From Thermodesulfobacteriota bacterium (GTDB taxonomy: Bacteria; Desulfobacterota; Desulfarculia; JACQYL01), in contig CAXXLZ010000002.1 of the NCBI GenBank assembly GCA_963675595.2, positions 2,624,001 to 2,688,000 of the forward strand: a stretch of DNA of 64,000 bases, read 5' to 3'. The notes under the pieces were generated by a model, which saw nothing but the letters and a program-made list of their open reading frames with translations, did not search any database and was not told the DNA's origin. How positions within the stretch are numbered: position 1 is the stretch's first letter; each line of letters opens with the position of its first letter. The translations under genes and the position numbers were made by a program. Of the stretch, positions 41,396 through 50,886 are shown in pieces.

Positions 41396-43270
41396 TTAGT
41401 CGATCAACGGAATAATGTCTTTCTTCATGGTCGACCATTCAGCGCTCTTGGGATCGTATTTAATGTTGGCGAAGCACTTCCAGTTGGTTTCGTCCATCTT
41501 CGGACAATCCGCGCGGAAGTAGTAACCGGGCCAACGGGTCTCTTCGCGGAAGAGGATGGTCCGTACGTGCGCTTCGGCCTGCCACATACGATGGATATTT
41601 TCCCAGCAGCGTTCCAGTTCGTAGCGGCTGGAGGCGCCCAGCTTCTCGGCGTCTTCTTTGAGGAAGGCCAGCAATTCGAGGCCGCGTTCACACAGTTTGG
41701 CGCTGGTCTTGAACTGGCTGGTCACGCCGCCCGCGTATTCGTCCATGATCTTCTGCAGACGATACATGAACTGCATGGGCTTGCCGAAGTTGGGGTTGAT
41801 GTTGGGATCGCTGGACATGGCCTGATGTTTCTCGAACAGGTCCAGAGGATTGAGGATCTTGGCCTTGAGGGCGTCGATGGTCGCCGCGTCCACTTTGGGC
41901 ATATCCGCGTTGTCCTTCGCGAATTTCACCATGGCCTTGCCGGCGATGCGGCCTTCGGCATGGGAACCCGAGGAGAACTTATGGCTGGAGGCGCCGGAGG
42001 CGTCGCCGGCCGCGAACAGACCCTTGACCGTCGTCATGTTGGGGTAGCCCCACTTGTACTCGGCGGGAGCGATGTCTTCGGGACCGCTCACCCAGGCGCC
42101 GGAAGCACCGGAGTGGGAACCGATGAAGTAGGGTTCACAGGCCGCGATTTCGGAGCGGCTCTCTTCGGGGGCGATGTTCTGGGAAGCCCAGAGCAGGGCC
42201 TGGGAGATGGTCATATCCAGGAAGTCTTCCCAAGCCTCGGACTCGAGGTGTTTCATCTTCTTCTTGAAAGCCTTCTCGTCGGGCTCGTTGTCCGCGATCT
42301 TCTTGATGGCTTCGGCGGTTTCCATGTATAGCGGCCCAAGGCCCGCATCCACGTCCAACATGCCGAGGTAGTTCCTCAGGTTGGCCGGAATCGGCTTGGC
42401 CAATCCGTAGGGGGCCCAATTCTGCAGCTCGTCCTTGCGCACGGCCATGTACTCGCCGCCGCTGGCGCTCGTCGCACGGGACTTGAACAGCAGGAACCAC
42501 GCACCGACCGGACCGTAAGCGTCTTTGAAGCGGACCGGAATGAAGCGGACTTCCTGACAGGTCATTTCCGCGCCGGCGCGGATGGTGAAGTAGGCGCTGG
42601 AGCCGGTGTTGAAGGGCGGATACCAGGAACGGCCGAGACCTTCACCCACGGACCGCGGACGGAACACGTGCACGGCGCCGCCCATGGAGGCCAGAACGAC
42701 TTTCGCCTTGAAGACGTAGAACTTATTCTCGCGCGTGCTGAAGCCCACGGCGCCGGCGATGCGATCGCCGTCCATGAGGGGTTCCACGATGAACACGCGT
42801 TCATAGATGTTGTCGGTGCCCAAGGCGTTCTTGGCGGCTTCAGCGACGATCACTTTGTAGGATTCGCCGTTGATCATGATCTGCCACCGGCCTTCATGCA
42901 CGTACTTGCCGTTTTCATCCTTCCAAATGGGGAGGCCCCATTTTTCGAACAGATGCACCGTACCGTCCACGTGACGGGCGATGTTGTAAACCAAGTCTTC
43001 ACGGGAGACGCCCATGAGGTCCTGACGGACGTAATGGACATAGTCTTCCACCGTATTGGCGCCTTCGTTGATGCCGACGTACTGGTTGATGGCGGAGAGG
43101 CCCATGGCCACAGCGCCGGAGCGGTCAAAAGCGGCCTTGTCCACCAACGTGACCTTCAGGCCTTCCTTCTTCGCCCAATAAGCGGCCTCGACAGCAGCGC
43201 CGGCCGCGGCCATACCACCGCCACAAATCAGGATATCAGTGGTGACCTCTATAGTTTCCCAATTCGCCAT
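41396..43270 (-). CDS. aprA: Adenylylsulfate reductase alpha subunit
   Basis: GGGMA, RSGAVAMGLSAIN, GRWQIMINGESYK, HKFSSGSHAEGR, REETRWPGYY. Confidence 0.97.
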   Translation of the reverse strand: MANWETIEVTTDILICGGGMAAAGAAVEAAYWAKKEGLKVTLVDKAAFDRSGAVAMGLSAINQYVGINEGANTVEDYVHYVRQDLMGVSREDLVYNIARHVDGTVHLFEKWGLPIWKDENGKYVHEGRWQIMINGESYKVIVAEAAKNALGTDNIYERVFIVEPLMDGDRIAGAVGFSTRENKFYVFKAKVVLASMGGAVHVFRPRSVGEGLGRSWYPPFNTGSSAYFTIRAGAEMTCQEVRFIPVRFKDAYGPVGAWFLLFKSRATSASGGEYMAVRKDELQNWAPYGLAKPIPANLRNYLGMLDVDAGLGPLYMETAEAIKKIADNEPDEKAFKKKMKHLESEAWEDFLDMTISQALLWASQNIAPEESRSEIAACEPYFIGSHSGASGAWVSGPEDIAPAEYKWGYPNMTTVKGLFAAGDASGASSHKFSSGSHAEGRIAGKAMVKFAKDNADMPKVDAATIDALKAKILNPLDLFEKHQAMSSDPNINPNFGKPMQFMYRLQKIMDEYAGGVTSQFKTSAKLCERGLELLAFLKEDAEKLGASSRYELERCWENIHRMWQAEAHVRTILFREETRWPGYYFRADCPKMDETNWKCFANIKYDPKSAEWSTMKKDIIPLID

Positions 43271-43320
43271 TACTTTACCTCCTCAATTATATGCAGTTGC
43301 TTGGGTATGCCCGATATGGC

Positions 43321-43758
43321 TCACAGGGCGGGCAGCTTGTCGAGCTTGAGGGAAGCCGGCTCGGTCATCAACAGTTCGTCGCCCAGAGCGCCGGCGCCGT
43401 CACCGAATCCGCCTAGCGGTTCAGCGGTACCTTCAGCGGTGGTCCGGATGGGGAACTTGAACCTTTTCACCGTACCGTTGCGGAACTTGACCGTCCACAT
43501 GATGGAGTCGCTGCCGCGCAGAGGCACCACGCTCGCGCCCATGGGCATGAAATCTGCGTAGCCGCGGACGTCGATGGCTTGCTGGGGGCAAATCTTAACG
43601 CAGTTGTAGCATTCCCAGCACAGGGAAGGATCCTGGTTGTAGGCCTTCATTTTGTCCTTATCCAAAACCATCAGGTCTTGCGGGCAGATGTACATGCAAG
43701 CGGTCTTGTCCTGACCCTTGCAACCATCGCACTTCTCCAAAATGACATAACTCGGCAT
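43321..43758 (-). CDS. aprB: Adenylylsulfate reductase beta subunit
   Basis: CDGCK..DKTAC.YICP, CWECYNCVKICP, KRFKFPIRTT.EG. Confidence 0.97.
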   Translation of the reverse strand: MPSYVILEKCDGCKGQDKTACMYICPQDLMVLDKDKMKAYNQDPSLCWECYNCVKICPQQAIDVRGYADFMPMGASVVPLRGSDSIMWTVKFRNGTVKRFKFPIRTTAEGTAEPLGGFGDGAGALGDELLMTEPASLKLDKLPAL

Positions 43759-44178
43759 CGTTTGTCCTCCTGAACATTACAGTTTCATATCAGTTGGGTT
43801 GAGTGTTTCCGTAATGGGCAAAATACAGAAGTTTGCCGCACCTCCTTTCCTCAGGTTGGGTCGCCGACGGACCGGCTTACATAAAATCACAAAAAGACGG
43901 GAAAACCGGTTGGTACCATGAAAACAGGGATCCACTCGGTGATGCTTCCGATTGTTCACTCCCGTCCCGAACTTGCATCACGACAGCATTTCCCGGACGC
44001 CCTTCGCCGGACTCCGTCTCGCGGAGCCCCGGGCCGTTTCCCGTTTCACTTGCCTGAACGCGTGCCGTCAAGAGCATCAAGAAGATTCTGTTTGCGCGAG
44101 GCCCCACAGGAAGCCCTTCCGGCCCCCCGAGACCGTTTCGCATGAAAAAGAGCGGACCCCTGATTAGGGCATCTCACT

Positions 44179-44222
44179 TTGTGCATTTTTGTACAAATAC
44201 CCAAAGAGCCATGGGATGTCAA
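44179..44222 (-). promoter_or_regulatory. Putative apr promoter overlapped by a Rex-like palindrome
   Basis: TTGACA(44222-44217)-N17-TATTTG; TTGTGCATTTTTGTACAA at 44179-44196. Confidence 0.55.
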
Positions 44223-44585
44223 GTAAAAAAGGCGCCTTCCACTCCCATTCAACTAGGCTTCCCGGCACCCTTACTCCACCCCACAACCCTCTTGAAGTAC
44301 AAGATATGGTAGCCCCCAAGCGGTTGCCACCAAATGAGGGATGTATCGAATATGACCGAACATTCGGCAAAAACCTACCTCCCTCGCTGCGTCAAGTCAA
44401 GAAAAAGAATAAATAAATCACAATCTCTCCAACAACGTCGGCTTTCCCGAAAACGCGCCGGCGTTTTTTCGGGTCCGCGCTTTCTCCTGAACGGACGCCT
44501 CACCGGCCGTCGACGACCCTTGAGCTCCACTTGATTTACTTAGACATCCCGGTCGTCGAAAAGTGAAATTCAGCGCAATACCTTC

Positions 44586-44614
44586 TTGACAAACCCCTTT
44601 CCTTTCCCTATGCT
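44586..44614 (+). promoter_or_regulatory. Putative sigma70 promoter of sat
   Basis: TTGACA-N17-TATGCT. Confidence 0.7.
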
Positions 44615-44824
44615 CCCAACGTCTAAAAGGGACTCGAAGAGGCCGAAGTTTGGAGAGCTCCTTTTCCAGACGGATGCCCGGAGCGACCTTTCCGGATCGA
44701 CCGGGGCGAAATGCCGCCAAGAATCGTCACCAACGGGTTGGCGCACCGACCAGGCAATATGGTCTTCGGATCCGCCTTTTCAGGAGGCTCGGGCCAAGGA
44801 TAGGTCATTATTTTTTTGCTGAAG

Positions 44825-44842
44825 ACGTGAAAAATTTTACAA
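44825..44842. promoter_or_regulatory. Rex-like operator upstream of the sat RBS
   Basis: ACGTGAAAAATTTTACAA, 14/18 to recalled consensus TTGTGAAATATTTCACAA. Confidence 0.55.
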
Positions 44843-44862
44843 GCTAATGGGAGGATCGACAC

Positions 44863-46056
44863 ATGATTAAACCGCACGGGTCCGATACCCTGCATCCGCT
44901 GTATGTTATGGACGACAAAATGAGAGAAGATCTGGCCAACGAGGCCAAAGGTCTTCCCTCCATCGTCGTTTCCTCGGCCGCGGCGGCCAATGCCGTTATG
45001 CTCGGCGGCGGCTACTTCAACCCCCTCACCGGCTACATGAATCTAGCGGACTCCATCTCCGTGTGCGAAAAAATGCGCACCGGCAGCGGCCTGTTCTGGC
45101 CCGTCCCCGTCGTTAACGTGGTCCCCGACGCTTCCTCCCTCAAGGTCGGACAGCGCATTGCCCTTCGCGACCCCAACGTGGCCGGCAATCCCGTTCTCGC
45201 CGTCATGGAAATTCAGGGAATCGAAGAAGCCAACGACGACCAGATGAAACTCATGACCGAAAAAATCTTCCGCACCCTGGATAATGAACACCCCGGGGTC
45301 AAGGCCTACAATTCCGTGGGCCGCTTCTTCCTGTCCGGTCCCATCAAGGTCCTCAACTTCTCCTACTTCGAAAAGGACTTCCCGGGAACCTTCAAGACCG
45401 CCTATCAGATTCGCGAGGAAATGGGCAAACTGGGTTGGGAAAAGATCGTGGCCTTCCAGACCCGCAATCCCATGCACCGTGCCCATGAAGAGCTGTGCCG
45501 CATGGCCGCCAAGGCCGTGAGCGCCGACGGTATCCTGATTCACATGCTCCTCGGCAAGCTCAAAGCCGGCGACATCCCCGCCGACGTCCGCGACGCCTGC
45601 ATCCGCAAGATGGTGGAACTCTACTTTGAGCCCAACACCGTCATGGTCACGGGCTACGGCTTCGACATGCTGTACGCCGGTCCCCGCGAAGGCGTGCTCC
45701 ACGCCGTGTTCCGCCAGAACACCGGCTGCACCCATTTCATCGTCGGCCGCGACCACGCCGGAGTGGGCGATTACTACGGCCCCTTCGACGCTCAGACGAT
45801 CTTCGACGACGAAGTACCCGCCGGCGCCATGGAAATCGAAATCTTCAAGGCCGACCATACCGCATGGTCCAAGAAGCTCGGCCGCGTGGTCATGATGCGG
45901 GACGTTCCCGATCATACCAAGGACGATTTCATCCTTCTGTCCGGTACCAAGGTCCGCGCCATGCTGGGTGAAGGCCAGGCTCCGCCCCCGGAATTCTCCC
46001 GTCCCGAAGTGGCGAAGATTCTCATGGACTACTACCAGTCCATCGACAAGAAGTAA
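44863..46056 (+). CDS. sat: Sulfate adenylyltransferase (ATP sulfurylase)
   Basis: AFQTRNPMHRAHE, YAGPRE, GRDHAGVG, LSGTKVR, FSRPEV. Confidence 0.97.
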   Translation: MIKPHGSDTLHPLYVMDDKMREDLANEAKGLPSIVVSSAAAANAVMLGGGYFNPLTGYMNLADSISVCEKMRTGSGLFWPVPVVNVVPDASSLKVGQRIALRDPNVAGNPVLAVMEIQGIEEANDDQMKLMTEKIFRTLDNEHPGVKAYNSVGRFFLSGPIKVLNFSYFEKDFPGTFKTAYQIREEMGKLGWEKIVAFQTRNPMHRAHEELCRMAAKAVSADGILIHMLLGKLKAGDIPADVRDACIRKMVELYFEPNTVMVTGYGFDMLYAGPREGVLHAVFRQNTGCTHFIVGRDHAGVGDYYGPFDAQTIFDDEVPAGAMEIEIFKADHTAWSKKLGRVVMMRDVPDHTKDDFILLSGTKVRAMLGEGQAPPPEFSRPEVAKILMDYYQSIDKK

Positions 46057-46068
46057 TCTCGACTTCGA

Positions 46069-46092
46069 AAAGCCGGCCTTCGGGCCGGCTTT
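46069..46092 (+). terminator. Intrinsic terminator after sat
   Basis: AAAGCCGGCC-TTCG-GGCCGGCTTT. Confidence 0.8.
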
Positions 46093-46295
46093 CCTCTTTC
46101 TCCACCTCTCCCTTATCCTGAAGTGCCTCCAGCGGCTCTCGCCCCCCGGCAACGCACCTAATATTCCGTTGACATACTCCTCGCAATCCTTTTACATTGC
46201 GGGGTGCACATTCATGCTGTCCCTCATCGCGGACCCGTTTTCCACCGGTCCGAACGACTGTCATTTCCGTTTTAATCCATCCGGAGGAGCTTCCT

Positions 46296-47084
46296 ATGAG
46301 CTACGAAAATATTTTGTTCGAAAAAGAGGAAAACATCGCGATCATCACGTTCAACCGTCCCGAAGCCATGAACTCCATCAACCCCGACGTGGTGAGGGAG
46401 CTGGAATCCGCCCTGGACGCCGTGGCCGCCGATGAGGAAATCAAAGTGGTGATTCTCACGGGCGCCGGGGACAAGGCTTTCGTGGCCGGTGCGGACATCA
46501 AGCACATGAGCGAACTCACGGCCCTTCAGGCCAAGGTCTTCGCCGCCGCGGGCCAGGAAGTCCTGTTCAAACTCCAGTATCTTCACACCCCCACCATTGC
46601 CGCGGTCAACGGCTTCGCTCTGGGCGGCGGCCTCGAAATCGCCATGTCCTGCGACTTCATCTACGCTGCGGACAGAGCCAAATTCGGGCAGCCGGAAATC
46701 AACCTGGGCGTCATCCCCGGATGGGGCGGAACCCAGCGCCTGACCCGCCTCGTGGGAAAGGCCGTGGCCAAGGAACTCTGCTTGACCGGCGCCATCATCA
46801 AGGCGGATGAAGCCCTCTCCATCGGCCTCATTAATAAGGTGTTCCCCAAGGACGACCTCATGGCCGAAACCAAAAAGGTCGCCAAGCTCATGGCGTCCAA
46901 AAGCCGCATCGCTTTGCGCGCCATCAAACACTCCGTCGATCGGGGTTTCGATATGGACCTCAGAAACGCCATGGCCTACGAAGTGGAATCCTTTGCCATG
47001 TGTTTCTCCGGTGAAGACCGCGCGGAAGGAATGAAGGCCTTCATCGAGAAGCGGACCCCCGAATTCAAAGGGACGCTCAAGTAA
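46296..47084 (+). CDS. Enoyl-CoA hydratase (crotonase)
   Basis: AFVAGADI, GFALGGGLE, FGQPEINLG..PG.GGTQRL; GGAGG RBS; upstream TTGACA-N18-TACATT at 46169-46198. Confidence 0.93.
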   Translation: MSYENILFEKEENIAIITFNRPEAMNSINPDVVRELESALDAVAADEEIKVVILTGAGDKAFVAGADIKHMSELTALQAKVFAAAGQEVLFKLQYLHTPTIAAVNGFALGGGLEIAMSCDFIYAADRAKFGQPEINLGVIPGWGGTQRLTRLVGKAVAKELCLTGAIIKADEALSIGLINKVFPKDDLMAETKKVAKLMASKSRIALRAIKHSVDRGFDMDLRNAMAYEVESFAMCFSGEDRAEGMKAFIEKRTPEFKGTLK

Positions 47085-47102
47085 GTCAGTGGGAGAAGCT
47101 CC

Positions 47103-48251
47103 ATGAACTTTGAACTTACCGAAGAGCAACGCATGGTCCAGGAAACGGCCCGACGCTTCGCCGAGGCTGAAATCCGTCCAGTGGCCGCCGAGCTCGACCG
47201 AACACATAAACACCCCGAGGAAATCTGCCGCAAATTGGGCGAGCTCAATTTCATGGGCATCGCCGTGCCCGAGGAATACGGCGGCGCCGGCATGGACAAC
47301 GTGAGCTACGCCTTGGCTCTCATCGAGATATCCAAAGCCTGTGCGTCCACCGGGGTGATCATGAGTGTGAACAACTCCCTGTACTGCTTCCCGGTGAGTT
47401 TCTACGGCACTCATGAACAGAAGATGAAGTATCTGGTCCCCGTGGCTTCCGGAGAAAGAATCGGTTGTTACGGTCTTACGGAACCCAATGCGGGATCCGA
47501 TCCCGCCAGCATGCGAACCACGGCCGAAGAGGTCTCCAACGGTTGGCTCGTCAACGGAACCAAACGATTCATCACCAGCGGCAATGTGGCATCTCACTGC
47601 GTCCTCGCCGCCGTGACCGACAAAGAAAAAGGATATCGGGGAATCAGCAGTTTCATCGTCAACCTCAAGGAAACCGAGGGATTCTCCGTGGGAAAGATCG
47701 AGGAGAAGCTCGGCATCCGCGCCTCAGGCACCTCCGAGCTCATCTTCGAAAACGCCCTTCTCCCCAAAGACGCGCTGCTGGGCAAACCGGGCGAGGGATT
47801 CAAACAGATGCTCACCACCCTGGACGGCGGCCGCATCGGCATTGCCGCCCAAGCCGTGGGCATCGGCCGTGCCGTGCTCGAAGAAGCCCTCGAGTACTCC
47901 AAGACGAGGGAACAATTCGGCAAGCCCATTGCCGGCTTCCAGGCCATCCAATGGAAGCTCGCCGACATGGCGACCCAATTGGACGCCGCCGAACTCCTGA
48001 CCCTTCGAGCCGCCTATTTGGAGGACAACCACAAACCCTATGAACGTGCCGCCGCCATGGCCAAAATGTTCGCTTCCGACACCGCGATGCACGCGGCCAT
48101 CGAAGGCGTCCAGATATTGGGCGGGTATGGCTATTGCCAGGAATACCCCATGGAAAGGCACATGCGCGATGCCAAGATCTGTCAGATCTACGAAGGCACC
48201 AACGAGATCATGCGACTGGTCATCGCCAACAATCTAATCAAAGGCAAGTAA
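47103..48251 (+). CDS. Acyl-CoA dehydrogenase (short-chain type)
   Basis: LTEPNAGSD, NGTKRFIT, KLGIRAS, REQFGKPI..FQ, IYEGTNEI. Confidence 0.93.
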   Translation: MNFELTEEQRMVQETARRFAEAEIRPVAAELDRTHKHPEEICRKLGELNFMGIAVPEEYGGAGMDNVSYALALIEISKACASTGVIMSVNNSLYCFPVSFYGTHEQKMKYLVPVASGERIGCYGLTEPNAGSDPASMRTTAEEVSNGWLVNGTKRFITSGNVASHCVLAAVTDKEKGYRGISSFIVNLKETEGFSVGKIEEKLGIRASGTSELIFENALLPKDALLGKPGEGFKQMLTTLDGGRIGIAAQAVGIGRAVLEEALEYSKTREQFGKPIAGFQAIQWKLADMATQLDAAELLTLRAAYLEDNHKPYERAAAMAKMFASDTAMHAAIEGVQILGGYGYCQEYPMERHMRDAKICQIYEGTNEIMRLVIANNLIKGK

Positions 48252-48271
48252 CCGCACACGGCATCACAGCG

Positions 48272-48294
48272 GGGGGACTTCGGTCCCCCTTTTT
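48272..48294 (+). terminator. Intrinsic terminator
   Basis: GGGGGAC-TTCG-GTCCCCC-TTTTT. Confidence 0.8.
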
Positions 48295-48457
48295 CGTGGC
48301 GGCTTTCCCAAAAGCCTTTCACCGGAAGGGAACTCGTCGGCGACCTCTTTGGTCTTGAACTCCCGTTTCGGAACCCATGGGCCCGGCGCCGGCCGGAAGG
48401 ATCCTCATCCCGGTTCGAGCCCGGTTCTTCCGTCCAACCCATAGGAGCACCTCATCC

Positions 48458-49012
48458 ATGGCCAAGCGCAAATACCTCCCACTTGGGCGCCGGCTGCGCC
48501 GGCTTCGAGAGGAAAAGGGGCTTTCCCTCCAAAACCTCGCCAACGAGACGGGATTCAACACAACCTTTCTCGAAGACATCGAAGAGGAAAAGCGAATTCC
48601 CCCCGTAGGGGCTCTGCTCAAGGTGGCGCGGGCACTGGGGGTGGAAAGCGGGTTCTTTCTCAAAGAAGAAAAAGACGAATTGGACGCCGCCGCCGAACGG
48701 AGACAGGAAGAAACTCGAAAGCGTACGGAGAGCTACTCCTACCGCATGCTCACCCAGGACGCGGCGAACAAGCACCTCAAAGGGTTCCACATCACCATCG
48801 ACCCCCGATCTCATCATGCCGGTCCCTCCTACCAGCATGAAGGAGAGGAATTCGTTTATGTGCTCAAGGGCGAAGTGGAGGTGACCGTGGGGGAAAACCT
48901 CAATCATCTTCGGCTGGGGGACAGCCTTCATTTCAACTCCTCCATCATACACAAGCTCCGCAATCCGGGAGATGAGGCCACGGAGCTGTTGGTGGTCCTC
49001 TACACTCCGTAG
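48458..49012 (+). CDS. XRE-family HTH + cupin transcriptional regulator
   Basis: LG.RLRRLREEKGLSL..LA HTH; HEGEEFVYVL.G...GDSLHF.S...H cupin. Confidence 0.9.
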   Translation: MAKRKYLPLGRRLRRLREEKGLSLQNLANETGFNTTFLEDIEEEKRIPPVGALLKVARALGVESGFFLKEEKDELDAAAERRQEETRKRTESYSYRMLTQDAANKHLKGFHITIDPRSHHAGPSYQHEGEEFVYVLKGEVEVTVGENLNHLRLGDSLHFNSSIIHKLRNPGDEATELLVVLYTP

Positions 49013-49143
49013 CAGGCCGCCGGAAAACGCGATCTGCGGCAGCACCGCCCGGGAGTTTTGTTCAATGAGCCGCATTTCAGGTTTTCCAGGCCGGAGGGTG
49101 CCGGCCGAAGCCGACCCGAATCTTATCTGATCTCGGAGGACGT

Positions 49144-50283
49144 ATGTCCGTGACACTGACGGAAGAGCATCGAATGATTCAAAGCATGGCCCGGGACTTC
49201 GCTCGAAACGAACTCCTGCCCACGGCCGCCGAGCGCGACCGCACCAAGGAATTCCCCCGGGAAAATCTGCGTAAGATGGCGGAACTGGGGTTCCTGGGCA
49301 TGACCGTGCCCGAGGAATACGGCGGCGCAGGTCTGGATACGGTGAGCTACGCGCTGGCACTCACCGAAATCGCGTATGCCTGCGCGTCCACCGCGGTGGT
49401 CATGAGCGTGCATAACTCCATTGTGTGCGAATCCATGAACCGCTACGGCTCCGACGAACTCAAGGCCAAGTACCTCGGCGCCCTCACTTCCGGCGAAATC
49501 ATCGGCTCCTTCGCCCTTACGGAAGCGGGGGCCGGTTCGGACCCCTCCAGTCAGCGTACCACCGCCTCTCAGGACGGAGACCAGTGGGTCCTCAACGGCT
49601 CCAAGCAGTTCATCACCACCGGTCTGAATTCGGGCATCACCGTGGTCACGGCCTATACGGACAAGACCCGAAAACATCGCGGCATCAGCGCCTTTGTGGT
49701 GGAAAAGGGCTCTCCGGGGTTCTCCGTGGGCAGGATGGAGGAAAAGCTGGGACTTCGCGCCTCGGACACCACGGAACTCATCTTCGAAAACTGCCTCGTA
49801 CCTCAAGGAAACCTCCTGGGCAAAGAGGGAGAAGGCTTCCGCATCGCCATGACCAGTCTGGACTGCGGGCGCATCGGCATTGCCTGTCAATCCGTGGGGG
49901 TGGCCCAGGCCGCCCTGGACGCCTCCGTGCACTACGCCAAGGAGAGGGAGCAGTTCGGCAAGCCCATTGCCGAGTTTCAGGGGCTTCGCTGGATGATGGC
50001 GGACATGGCCGTGGAAATCGAAGCGGCCCGGCTCATGGCTTTAAACGCGGCCCAACTCAAGGACCAGGGCGAACGCTTCACCCAGGAAGCCTCCATGGCC
50101 AAGCTCTTCGCATCGGAAATGGTCAACCGAGTGACGTACAAGGCCATCCAGATTCACGGCGGATACGGTTACATTCAGGAATTCCCGGTGGAGCGTTTCT
50201 ACAGGGACGCCCGGGTGTTCACCATCTATGAAGGCACGTCGGAAATCCAGCGCGTGGTGATTTCCAACAACCTGCTGCGCTAG
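49144..50283 (+). CDS. Acyl-CoA dehydrogenase (butyryl-CoA dehydrogenase-like)
   Basis: LTEAGAGSD, NGSKQFIT, KLGLRAS, HGGYGY, IYEGTSEIQR. Confidence 0.93.
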   Translation: MSVTLTEEHRMIQSMARDFARNELLPTAAERDRTKEFPRENLRKMAELGFLGMTVPEEYGGAGLDTVSYALALTEIAYACASTAVVMSVHNSIVCESMNRYGSDELKAKYLGALTSGEIIGSFALTEAGAGSDPSSQRTTASQDGDQWVLNGSKQFITTGLNSGITVVTAYTDKTRKHRGISAFVVEKGSPGFSVGRMEEKLGLRASDTTELIFENCLVPQGNLLGKEGEGFRIAMTSLDCGRIGIACQSVGVAQAALDASVHYAKEREQFGKPIAEFQGLRWMMADMAVEIEAARLMALNAAQLKDQGERFTQEASMAKLFASEMVNRVTYKAIQIHGGYGYIQEFPVERFYRDARVFTIYEGTSEIQRVVISNNLLR

Positions 50284-50608
50284 GGCACAACCACATCGAT
50301 CCGCAGTACCGGGGGGCGCTTTTGAAAAAGCGCCCTCGGCCCCCCCGGGAAAACTCGAAGCTTGGGCGCACCGCCGTCCGCGGGAGCGCCGTGCCCGGCT
50401 CGGCAAGAAGAAAATAATGTCGTTCCGTTCCGGCCGAGGATTCTCACAGTAGCGGGAAACGCCTCCCCACCCCGCCCTTCCGTTTGAAATCACCTACCTT
50501 GGACAGTCGTCCAACAGGGAATTTCCCCAACCCGAAGAGCAACCGTCATCTTCTTCTGTTAATTCCCGTTGACAAAATCGCCATGTTTGGACTACTTTCA
50601 CTCCCCGT

Positions 50609-50696
50609 GCCGGAGTGGTGAAACTGGTAGACGCGCTGGACTCAAAATCCAGTGGCCCTTGCGGCCGTGCCGGTTCGATTCCGGCCTCCGGCACCA
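50609..50696 (+). tRNA. tRNA-Leu (anticodon CAA)
   Basis: Acceptor GCCGGAG/CTCCGGC, anticodon arm CTGGA-CTCAAAA-TCCAG, long variable arm, GGTTCGATTCC, encoded CCA; promoter TTGACA-N18-TACTTT at 50569-50598. Confidence 0.96.
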
Positions 50697-50823
50697 GAAG
50701 ATCAGCGCGCTACACAAGGGGGCAAATTCCCGATACCCCAGAAAACCCCCGATGGTCGTCATTGGGTCGTCGTTTTCCAAGAGAAGAAGAACTCACCGCA
50801 TTTTCTCCTTACCTAAGCACGAC

Positions 50824-50852
50824 AAAGCCCCCTGCAAAGGGGGCTTTTTTTT
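50824..50852. terminator. Intrinsic terminator between the tRNA and the convergent gene
   Basis: AAAGCCCCCT-GCAA-AGGGGGCTTT followed by T-run. Confidence 0.8.
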
Positions 50853-50886
50853 GCGGGTTTGTGCGCCGCTTCTATCCCGGCTCCTC

